Assembly: GCA_016208645.1 (NCBI GenBank)
Contig: JACQXP010000106.1
Span: 1-43,879, forward strand
Source of the DNA: Candidatus Methylomirabilota bacterium
Lineage (GTDB): Bacteria; Methylomirabilota; Methylomirabilia; Methylomirabilales; 2-02-FULL-66-22
Direction of reading: 5' to 3'
Length of the DNA: 43,879 bases
Position numbers and translations under genes: made by a program. Of the stretch, positions 36,671-43,879 are shown one piece after another (positions within the stretch are counted from its first letter, which is position 1; each line of letters begins with the position of its first letter). The notes beneath the pieces were generated by a model. The model did no database searches, was not told where the DNA came from, and saw only the letters and a list, made by a program, of their open reading frames with translations.

Positions 36671-38185
36671 ATGGATGTCTTCCAGAACATTCTGATGGGC
36701 TTTCGGGTGGCCCTCTCATTCCAGAATCTCCTCTTCTGCTTCGTGGGCGTCACGCTGGGCACCCTGATCGGCGTGCTGCCGGGCATCGGACCGGTCACCG
36801 GCGTGGCGATCCTCATCCCCATCACGTTCGGCCTGAATCCCACCACGGCGATCATCACCATGGCCGGGGTCTACTATGGGGCCATGTACGGCGGGTCCAC
36901 CACGTCCATTCTCATCAACGTCCCGGGCGAATCGTCGTCGGTCATGACCACCCTGGACGGCTACCAGATGGCCCGGAAGGGACGGGCCGGCCCCGCCCTG
37001 GGCATGGCCGCCTTCTCGTCCTTCATGGCGGGAACCCTTGCCGTGGTCCTGCTCACCTTCATCGCCCCTCCATTGGCCAGCGTCGCCCTCTCCTTCGGGC
37101 CGCCGGAGTATTTCGCCTTGACCTTCATGGGGTTGACCCTGGTGACCAGCCTGTCCGGGCAGTCCATGCTCAAGGGCATCATGAGCGGCGTCTTCGGCCT
37201 GATCGTGGCCTGTGTGGGCCTCGACGCCATCAGCGGCGAGGAGCGATTCACGTTCGGCAACATCTACCTGCTGGACGGGATGGGCTTCATCGGGGTGGCG
37301 GTGGGGCTCTTTGCCGTGGCCGAGGTGCTGGTCAACTTGGAAGAGCCGATGGAACAGGTGTTCGTCCAGACCGCGCTCAGCCTGCGGACCCTGTTCCCGA
37401 ACCTGCAGGACTGGAAGGATTCGCTGGGACCCATCGGGCGAAGCTCTCTGCTGGGTTTTTTCATCGGCGTCCTGCCGGGGGCAGGGGCGACCATCGCCTC
37501 CTTCATGTCGTATGCGATGGAGAAGAAGCTCAGCAAACACCCGGAGAAGTTCGGTACCGGGATCATCCAGGGCGTGGCCGCGCCGGAAGGCGCCAACAAT
37601 GCCGCCGCCGGAGGGGCGATGGTCCCGCTCCTGACCCTGGGCATCCCCGGCTCGGGGACCACGGCCGTGCTCTTGGGCGCGCTCCTCATCCATGGGCTGC
37701 GACCGGGTCCTCTGCTGTTCCAGAACAACCCCGATTTCGTCTGGGGCGTGATCGCCAGCATGTACATCGGCAACGTCTTGCTGCTCGTCCTGAATCTCCC
37801 GTTGGTCGGGATCTGGGCCAGCATGTTGCGCGTCCCCTACCGGATCCTCATGCCTCTCATCGTGACGATCTCCGCCGTGGGCGTGTTCGCCACGGACAAC
37901 AATATCTTCGACATGTGGGTCATGTTCGCCTTCGGCATCATCGGGTACCTGATGCGCAAGCTCGAGTTTCCGGCCGCACCGGCGGTGCTGGGCCTGGTGC
38001 TGGGCCCCCTGGTGGAACGATCGCTTCGCCAGTCGCTGACCATATCGCACGGCGACCTGTCCATTTTCTTCACGCGTCCGATCTCTGCGCTGCTGACGAT
38101 CTGCGCCCTGCTGTCGCTCTTCGCCCCTGTCGTTCGCGCCGTCTGGCAGTCGCGCAGGATGTCACCGATGGAGATGAAACCGTAA
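36671..38185 (+). CDS. tctA: tripartite tricarboxylate transporter large permease TctA
   Basis: About 504-aa polytopic protein with GTLIGVLPGIGP, GAMYGGSTTSILINVPGE and GVLPGAGATIASF. Confidence 0.93.
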   Translation: MDVFQNILMGFRVALSFQNLLFCFVGVTLGTLIGVLPGIGPVTGVAILIPITFGLNPTTAIITMAGVYYGAMYGGSTTSILINVPGESSSVMTTLDGYQMARKGRAGPALGMAAFSSFMAGTLAVVLLTFIAPPLASVALSFGPPEYFALTFMGLTLVTSLSGQSMLKGIMSGVFGLIVACVGLDAISGEERFTFGNIYLLDGMGFIGVAVGLFAVAEVLVNLEEPMEQVFVQTALSLRTLFPNLQDWKDSLGPIGRSSLLGFFIGVLPGAGATIASFMSYAMEKKLSKHPEKFGTGIIQGVAAPEGANNAAAGGAMVPLLTLGIPGSGTTAVLLGALLIHGLRPGPLLFQNNPDFVWGVIASMYIGNVLLLVLNLPLVGIWASMLRVPYRILMPLIVTISAVGVFATDNNIFDMWVMFAFGIIGYLMRKLEFPAAPAVLGLVLGPLVERSLRQSLTISHGDLSIFFTRPISALLTICALLSLFAPVVRAVWQSRRMSPMEMKP

Positions 38186-38320
38186 TCCGGAGGAATGACC
38201 AAGGTTGCCGGAGAAGATCGCGCGTCTGGGGATGGAGCGGCCCCCCTGCCTGGTGCCCATGGAAGGAGCGAGGGCTGCCCGCGCGCCCCTGAAGCCGCTC
38301 ACGGTCGTGTTTCGTCCAGC

Positions 38321-38377
38321 GTGATGTCGCACACCATTGGTCATTGAAAATTGGTCATTGGTCATTGTGATGTCGCA
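38321..38377. repeat. 5-unit heptamer array (CATTGGT) bracketed by an 11-nt direct repeat
   Basis: GTGATGTCGCA (38321-38331), then cattggt cattgaa aattggt cattggt cattgtg (38335-38369), then GTGATGTCGCA (38367-38377). It ends at the SD of the next gene. Confidence 0.85.
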
Positions 38378-38394
38378 GACAGGAGGAAGCGACC

Positions 38395-39369
38395 ATGCAG
38401 ATTGCCGGGATCATCGGAGGCGCACGCAAGGTCGTCCGCATCCTCGCGCGGGTCAGGGAAGGGGAGAAGGTCCTGATCGCGGCCGACACCGACACCCCCG
38501 TGGTCGCCGAGGCGCTGGCGACGGCCGCGCTGGAGATCACCCCCGAGGTGGTGACCACGATGATGACGCCCCGGGCCGTGGATGGCGACGAGCCGCCGGC
38601 CGTCGTGGCGGCGGCCCTCCTGGCGGCCGAGGTGGCGCTCATACCCGTGAGCTACTCGATCAGCCACTCGACGGCCGTCCACACCGCGCTCACGCACGGG
38701 ACCCGAGTCCTGTCGCTGCCGGCCACCACCCCCGACCAGCTCGTCCGGGGAGGCGCCGAGGCGGACTTCGAGGCGGCGTCGCCCATCGTGCGGAAGATGG
38801 GCGAGCGCCTGTCCGCGGCCTCCGCGGCGCATCTCACGACGCCGGCGGGCACCGACTGCACCTTCGACCTCCGCGGGCGCTCCGGGAACGCGCACGACTG
38901 CATCCTGGATCGCCCCGGCAAGTTCTCGGCCTTTCCCAATATCGAGGCCAACATCTCTCCCGTGGATGGAACGGCCGAGGGGGTGATCGTCTTCGACGGC
39001 AGCATTCCCAACCTTCGCCTGGGCCGCTTGCGCGATCCGGTGAGGTGCACGGTGAAGAAGGGGAATATCGTGAAGGTCGAGGGCGGCCCCGAGGCCGACA
39101 TGATCCGAAAGGTGTGGGCCGGGATGAAGGATTCGGCGGTGTACAACATCGCGCAGCTGGCCATCGGCCTGAACCCCGCCATCCCCATGCTCACCGGTGT
39201 GTGGGCCCAGGACCATGGCGCCTTTGGCACCGTGCACATCGGCATCGGGACCAGCGCCAATCTCGGTGGAACGACGAAGGCGGCCTGCCACTTCGACGGC
39301 ATGATGTACCGCCCGACACTGACGCTGGACGGTCGTGCGGTCCTGGAGGGTGGAGAGCTGCGAATCTAG
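38395..39369 (+). CDS. M29 aminopeptidase-T-fold / NicX-like metalloenzyme (function unknown)
   Basis: About 324 aa. By recollection the C-terminal half (...GVIVFDGSI...VKKGNIVKVEGG...IAQLAIGLNP...HIGIGTS...CHFDG...) is colinear with the 2,5-dihydroxypyridine dioxygenase / aminopeptidase T family. Confidence 0.65.
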   Translation: MQIAGIIGGARKVVRILARVREGEKVLIAADTDTPVVAEALATAALEITPEVVTTMMTPRAVDGDEPPAVVAAALLAAEVALIPVSYSISHSTAVHTALTHGTRVLSLPATTPDQLVRGGAEADFEAASPIVRKMGERLSAASAAHLTTPAGTDCTFDLRGRSGNAHDCILDRPGKFSAFPNIEANISPVDGTAEGVIVFDGSIPNLRLGRLRDPVRCTVKKGNIVKVEGGPEADMIRKVWAGMKDSAVYNIAQLAIGLNPAIPMLTGVWAQDHGAFGTVHIGIGTSANLGGTTKAACHFDGMMYRPTLTLDGRAVLEGGELRI

Positions 39370-39426
39370 TGCGGCGTCCCAGAAGTTCGCGGCATGAGGG
39401 GGCGCCCCCCGGAGAAAGGAGATCCC

Positions 39427-40275
39427 ATGCACATTGACCCGCGGAAATGCGTGGCCTGCGGGAACTGCCTGGCCGTGTGCCCCGTCAGCGCCATTTACAT
39501 TGATTCGGTGATCCGCCGCGCGACGGTCAACCTGGACGAGTGCGTGGAGTGCTACGCCTGCCACAACCGCATGAGCAAGGAGGACCTGAACCCTACCCTG
39601 GTCCGGACCATCCGGGGATTCTTCAAGCTGCTCCGGATCCGCTTCGACCCGGAGCCGGACGTGTGCCCCACCTCCGCCTTCGCGCCCCAGAAGCTGGCGT
39701 GGCCCCGCAGCATCCGCCAGGCCTTCAGCGATCCCTGCGTCCCGCACGAGAGCACGGGGGTCTACGGCCGCGGGACGGAGGAGGTCAAGACCAACGACGT
39801 CACGAACCGCGTGGGACCCGGCGAGGTGGGGTTCACCGTCGAGTTCGGGCGACCGGCGGTGGGGGCCCGGTTCCGGGAGGTGCAGGCGGTGACCATGGCC
39901 CTGGCCCGGATCGGCGCCACCTTCGAGAAGAACAACCCGGTCACGGCGCTGATGCCGGATCCGACGACCGGGGCCATCAACCCGGAGATCCTGGACGAGA
40001 AGGTGCTCTCCGCCATCGTCGAGGTGAAGACGCCGGAGGCGCTGCTGCCGGCCGTCCTCCGCACGGTGGAGGAGGTGTCGGCCACCCTGAACACCGTGGT
40101 CAGCGTGGGGGTGGCGGTCCGCTGCGACGGCGACGGCGAAAACCGCGTGGAGAAGGCGCTGGCCGGCGAAGGCTACCCGGTGTTCCGCGGCAAGACGAAC
40201 CTGGGATTGGGCCGCCTCACGAACCCGGAGGCCCAGGCCAAGACAGCCGGGGCGGCCGCCCCGGCCGGGCGATAA
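39427..40275 (+). CDS. uncharacterised ferredoxin-fusion protein, copy 1 (module gene A1)
   Basis: CVACGNCLAVCP (CxxCxxCxxxCP), then CVECYAC with the fourth Cys-Pro (DVCP) 34 residues later. A ~200-aa C-terminal domain follows (HESTG.YGRGTEEVKTNDVT...KTNLGLGR) that I cannot assign. ATG 39427 follows GGAGAAAGGAG. Confidence 0.8.
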   Translation: MHIDPRKCVACGNCLAVCPVSAIYIDSVIRRATVNLDECVECYACHNRMSKEDLNPTLVRTIRGFFKLLRIRFDPEPDVCPTSAFAPQKLAWPRSIRQAFSDPCVPHESTGVYGRGTEEVKTNDVTNRVGPGEVGFTVEFGRPAVGARFREVQAVTMALARIGATFEKNNPVTALMPDPTTGAINPEILDEKVLSAIVEVKTPEALLPAVLRTVEEVSATLNTVVSVGVAVRCDGDGENRVEKALAGEGYPVFRGKTNLGLGRLTNPEAQAKTAGAAAPAGR

Positions 40276-40300
40276 CCCCGATGTCTGACGGGAGCAGACG

Positions 40301-40981
40301 ATGACCAACACCCTTCACCGCTATGGGCCTCCGGAAAGCTTCCGGGACGACTTCATCGTCTTCATCCGGAACTCCAATGGGCGGAACGACGTCGGCTCCA
40401 TTCCGAAGCTCAAGGAGTTCCTGCGCACGGCGCTGCGGCACCGGCCGGTGACGATCTCGCAGTACCGGTTCGGCTCGACCGTCCGGCCGGCGGATCACCT
40501 GAACCCGCGCATCCACTGGACGCGGCCGGTCCAGGACCTGACGGCGGAGCAGATCATCGAGGCCATCACCAAGGATCACACCGTGGGGGCCATCTTCGAC
40601 TCGGAAGCGGCCATGGAGGCCTTCCTGCGGGAGGTCAAGGCGGCCGACTGGGGTCTCTCGGTGAACGTGGCCGGCCTCACGGCCCCGGTGCACGCCTGCG
40701 CCAAGCGGGCCGGCATCGTCCGGCACAGCGTGGAATACTCGCTAGGCTTCCAGGGGGCGCTGGACCGGCTGCCGGAGCGGCCGGTGCTGGAGCTGTCCAC
40801 CATGTGCGGCCACAGCATGCTGTCGCCGAACCTGGCGCGCAAGATGCTCGAGTGGGTCCGCGAGGGGCGCCGCACGCCCGAGCAGGCGGCCGCCTACCTG
40901 GGCCGGTTCTGCTCCTGCGGGATCTTCAACCCCGCCCGCGCGGTGCGCCTGCTGGAGGCGGCCCAAGGGGGGAACGGGTAG
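40301..40981 (+). CDS. uncharacterised Cys-rich protein, copy 1 (module gene B1)
   Basis: 226 aa with MTNTLHRYG..., RHSVEYSLGF, LELSTMCGH and FCSCGIFN. All four blocks are conserved in the paralog at 41978. Starts 25 nt after A1. Confidence 0.8.
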   Translation: MTNTLHRYGPPESFRDDFIVFIRNSNGRNDVGSIPKLKEFLRTALRHRPVTISQYRFGSTVRPADHLNPRIHWTRPVQDLTAEQIIEAITKDHTVGAIFDSEAAMEAFLREVKAADWGLSVNVAGLTAPVHACAKRAGIVRHSVEYSLGFQGALDRLPERPVLELSTMCGHSMLSPNLARKMLEWVREGRRTPEQAAAYLGRFCSCGIFNPARAVRLLEAAQGGNG

Positions 40982-40987
40982 CCCGTG

Positions 40988-41015
40988 CCTGCCCGGCCGG
41001 GGCAGGGAAGATTTT
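40988..41015 (+). terminator. weak terminator-like hairpin after B1
   Basis: CCTGCCC / GGGCAGG 7-bp stem with a 5-nt loop. The TTTT run begins 5 nt after the stem. Confidence 0.3.
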
Positions 41016-41025
41016 CGGGCCGCGC

Positions 41026-41055
41026 TTGACAGAGCGTCCGTAAGAGTGGTAGACA
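41026..41055 (+). promoter_or_regulatory. candidate internal promoter (TTGACA-N18-TAGACA), twin of 32713-32742
   Basis: CGCTTGACAGAG (41023-41034) and GGTAGACA (41048-41055) are identical to the gntR promoter core. An AT-rich leader with three CGAAAA repeats follows. Confidence 0.45.
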
Positions 41056-41138
41056 CAACGAAAATCTCGAAAAGTTTTTTCACGATACGAAAACCCTGGG
41101 GTCCCCGGCGGACCGGCCCGAACGCAGCGGAGGCTGTT

Positions 41139-41951
41139 ATGCAGATAGACCACGGCAAGTGCGTGGCGTGCAGCAACTGTATTCCCGTGTGCCCGATGGG
41201 CGCCATCTATATTGACCCGGCCGTGAACCGGGCGACCGTGAATCTGGACGAGTGCGTGGAGTGCTTCACCTGCTATCGGGGGATGAGCAAGGAACACCTG
41301 AACCCGACCCTGGTGCGGACGATCCGGGGTGTTTTGAAATACCTCCGGATCCGCTTCGACCCCGAGCCGGACGTGTGCCCGACGGACGCCCTCACCCCCC
41401 AGGCGCTCACCTGGCCCCGCATCGTGCGCCAGGCCTTCAGCGATCCTTTGGTCCCGCACGAGTCCACGGGGATCCACGGCCGGGGCACGGAAGAGGTGAA
41501 GACCAACGACGTGACCGGCCGGGTGAACGAGGGCGAGGCGGGCTTCACCATCGAGTTCGGGCGGCCCGGGGTGGGGGTCCGGTTCCGGGACATCCAGAAG
41601 ATGACCATGGCCCTGGCCCCGCTGCCGATCACCTTTGAGAAGAAGAATCCGGTGTTCAGCCTGATGAGCGACCCCGCCACCGGAACCATCCGCGAGGACA
41701 TCCTGAACGAGAAGGTCCTCTCCGCCATCGTGGAGCTGAAGACGGCGCTGGAGCACGTGCCGCAGGTCCTCCAGGTGGTGGAGGAGGTCGCCCAGGATCT
41801 GGAGACCATCCTGTCCATCGGGGTGGCCACGCGCTGCGATGGCCAGGGGGACAACGCCCTGGAGCCGATGCTCAAGCGTGAAGGCCACGAGTTCTACCGC
41901 GGAAAGACCAACCTGGGCCTGGGCCGGCGGCCGGCAGCCGTCTCCGCCTGA
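41139..41951 (+). CDS. uncharacterised ferredoxin-fusion protein, copy 2 (module gene A2)
   Basis: Colinear with A1 at roughly two-thirds identity by eye: CVACSNCIPVCP, CVECFTC...DVCP, HESTGIHGRGTEEVKTNDVT, KTNLGLGR. ATG 41139 follows GCGGAGG. Confidence 0.8.
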   Translation: MQIDHGKCVACSNCIPVCPMGAIYIDPAVNRATVNLDECVECFTCYRGMSKEHLNPTLVRTIRGVLKYLRIRFDPEPDVCPTDALTPQALTWPRIVRQAFSDPLVPHESTGIHGRGTEEVKTNDVTGRVNEGEAGFTIEFGRPGVGVRFRDIQKMTMALAPLPITFEKKNPVFSLMSDPATGTIREDILNEKVLSAIVELKTALEHVPQVLQVVEEVAQDLETILSIGVATRCDGQGDNALEPMLKREGHEFYRGKTNLGLGRRPAAVSA

Positions 41952-41977
41952 CCCGGCCCGCAGAGGAGCGATACGCC

Positions 41978-42699
41978 ATGACCAACACGCTGCACCGGTT
42001 CGGGAGCCGGGACAGCCTTCGGGACGACTACATCATCTTCGCCATGGCGGCCCGGGGGATCAACGACCAGGGGGCCCCGCCGAAGCTGCAGACCTTCCTC
42101 CGCCTGGCGTTGAGACACCATCCCATCAACGTCGGCAACGCCGTCAAGGGGGGGATCTTCCGGGCCTCGAAAGCCCTCACCCCCCTGGCCCACTGGCGCC
42201 GCCGGGAGTTCATTGCCCCCGAGGAGGTCGTCGAGAGCGTGGACACCTGCACCACGGTCTCCGCGGTCTTCGACGATCCCGCGAACCTGGAGGCCTTCCT
42301 GACCGAGCTGAAGGCGGCCGACCTGGGCATCTCCATCAACATCGCCGCCCTCACGGACGAGGCCCGGACGTGCTGCCAGCGGGCCGGGATCACCCGCCAC
42401 AGCGTCGAGTATTCCCTGGGGTTCCACGGGGACCTGAACCGGCTGCCGGACCGCCACGTCCTCGAACTCTCCACCATGTGCGGCCACGGGATGGTCGCCC
42501 ACAACCTGGCCAAGAAGATGCTGGATTGGGTCAAGGAGGGGCGCCGGGATCCCCGGCAAGCCGCCACCTACCTCGCCAAATTCTGCACCTGCGGCATTTA
42601 CAATACGACCCCACCTACCTCGCCAAATTCTGCACCTGCGGCATTTACAATACGACCCGGGCCATCCGCGTCCTCGAGGAAGCGCGGGTGGGGAAGTAG
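41978..42699 (+). pseudogene. module gene B2, frameshifted by a 47-nt tandem duplication (or assembly artefact)
   Basis: Colinear with B1 up to ...YLAKFCTCGIYNTT (42610). The proper C-terminus RAIRVLEEARVGK* (42658-42699) is in another frame. Deleting one 47-nt copy restores a 224-aa ORF. Confidence 0.8.
42564..42657 (+). repeat. exact 47-nt tandem duplication (2 copies)
   Basis: CCACCTACCTCGCCAAATTCTGCACCTGCGGCATTTACAATACGACC occurs at 42564-42610 and again at 42611-42657. Confidence 0.97.
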
Positions 42700-42826
42700 G
42701 AACGCCGTCCCCGCCGGGCGTCCGGTCCCCCAGATCCCGAGGGAGGCGAGGAGGGGAACGGGCGCGGCAGCCGTGGGGACGGTTGCCTTTGCGGCTGCAA
42801 CCTGTGTACAGAGAGGAGGGGGCAGA

Positions 42827-43831
42827 ATGCGTGCTGTGGGAGGCGTGGGCAGGCTTTTCCGCTGGGGGGGCATCCTGGCGCTCGGGCTCGTCCTCGTGGG
42901 GATCACGGGGGGGCAAGCCTGGGCTGCCACGGTCATCCGGCTCGGCCACGTGGCCTTTCCGGGCTCGCTCTTCGACATCGTGACCACCAGGTACGCCAAG
43001 GAGGTGAACGAGGCCCTCAAGGGCCGGGTGGAGATCAAGGTCTTCCACTCGAGCCAGCTTGGCACCGATGAACAGATGATCAAGGGGATCAAGGTCGGCG
43101 CCCCCGAGATGTTCATCCCGTCCACCATCATGAGCACGGTGGACCAGCGGTACGGCGTCTTCGAGATGCCCTACATCATCGTCAATCGTGCCCACATGAA
43201 ACGGGTGACGGAGCACGCCCAGGTTCAGAAGGCCCGCTTCGAGGGGCTCCCGGCCAAGGGGATACGGCTCCTCGGGGTGTGGGAGCACGGCTTCCGCCAC
43301 ATCACCAACACCGTCCGGCCCATCGTGAAGCCCGACGACTTGAAAGGAATCAAGCTTCGGGTGCCCGGCGGCATCTGGCGGGTCAAGATGTTCAAGGCGT
43401 ATGGGGCCAACCCATCGCCCATGCCCTTCGCCGAGGTCTACTCGGCCCTTCAGTCCGGCGTGATGGATGCGCAGGAGAACCCCTTCCCGCAGATCTGGTC
43501 GGCCAAGTTCCACGAGGTTCAGAAGTACCTCTCCCTGACCGGCCACGTCTATTCCCCCGCCTACCTGGTGGTGGGCGAGGAGTTCTGGCAGAAGCTCCCC
43601 AAGGATGTCCAGGCGACGATTGCCAAGATCTCCTGGGGGATGGGGGACTTTGCCCGTTCGGAGGGCGAGCGGTTGGACAAGGAACTGATGGCGAAACTGG
43701 CCCCCCCGATGAAGGCCAACGAGGTGGACAAGGAGGCCTTCATCAAGGCGTCGGCGGCCATCTATGAGGAGTTCGGCACGCAGGTGGCTGGGGCCGCCGA
43801 ACTGATCAAGCTGTTCCAGTCGCTCCGGTAG
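42827..43831 (+). CDS. dctP: TRAP transporter substrate-binding protein (DctP family)
   Basis: Signal peptide (GILALGLVLVGITGGQAWA), then IRLGHV..., EVNEALKGRVEIKVFHSSQLG, FEMPYI, LRVPG and ENPF, which are DctP-family patterns. ATG 42827 follows GAGAGGAGGGGG. It appears as the tail of the 617-aa ORF only because of the upstream frameshift. Confidence 0.9.
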   Translation: MRAVGGVGRLFRWGGILALGLVLVGITGGQAWAATVIRLGHVAFPGSLFDIVTTRYAKEVNEALKGRVEIKVFHSSQLGTDEQMIKGIKVGAPEMFIPSTIMSTVDQRYGVFEMPYIIVNRAHMKRVTEHAQVQKARFEGLPAKGIRLLGVWEHGFRHITNTVRPIVKPDDLKGIKLRVPGGIWRVKMFKAYGANPSPMPFAEVYSALQSGVMDAQENPFPQIWSAKFHEVQKYLSLTGHVYSPAYLVVGEEFWQKLPKDVQATIAKISWGMGDFARSEGERLDKELMAKLAPPMKANEVDKEAFIKASAAIYEEFGTQVAGAAELIKLFQSLR

Positions 43832-43879
43832 CCGTGCCGTCACGAAGGTCCCCGGCGCTCCTCCTGGGGGGAGGAGCCC

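Noticed and set aside
41978-43831. 617-aa ORF that looks like a fusion of the Cys-rich module protein with a DctP binding protein
   Set aside because: The fusion exists only because the 47-nt duplication shifts the frame. The linker is low-complexity read-through of an intergenic spacer. dctP has its own strong SD, ATG (42827) and signal peptide.
43857-43877. GCTCCTCC / GGAGGAGC hairpin after dctP as a terminator
   Set aside because: The window ends right after the stem, so no T-run can be assessed. TRAP dctQM genes are also expected downstream.

Overview
GC-rich bacterial chromosomal window, almost entirely coding on the + strand. I saw no rRNA, tRNA or CRISPR array. (1) 1-20.7 kb is a complete dcw (division/cell-wall) cluster: mraZ, small ORF, STAS protein, rsmH, ftsL, ftsI, murE, alpha/beta hydrolase, murF, ddl, mraY, murD, ftsW, murG, murC, murB, ftsQ, ftsA, ftsZ. 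A candidate promoter plus MraZ-box operator sits upstream. The STAS gene, the hydrolase, a membrane-anchored MurF and the position of ddl are non-canonical. (2) 20.7-23.3 kb is a small accessory islet: an MNT/HepT toxin-antitoxin pair, an oppositely oriented orphan 135-aa internal-repeat protein, and a Phd/RelE pair. (3) 23.5-32.7 kb carries a radical-SAM gene coupled to pgeF, then msrPQ, ilvD, an MFS transporter and a parvulin-TPR protein. (4) 32.7-43.9 kb is a GntR-headed organic-acid uptake/catabolism cluster: MmgE/PrpD-like gene, tctCBA, M29/NicX-like gene, two tandem copies of an uncharacterised two-gene module, then a TRAP dctP. Each module pairs a ferredoxin fusion carrying a long insert with a Cys-rich ~225-aa protein. 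This module is my best candidate for an undescribed system. The second copy of its Cys-rich gene carries an exact 47-nt tandem duplication that frameshifts it and creates a false 617-aa fusion ORF with dctP. The other stand-out signal is arrays of 7-nt-period tandem repeats filling many gene junctions, often as a forward array followed by its reverse-complement array. They begin at or next to stop codons and in places run into coding sequence (murD 5' end, pgeF 3' end). All calls rest on reading the sequence and on recalled family motifs. No database search was run.
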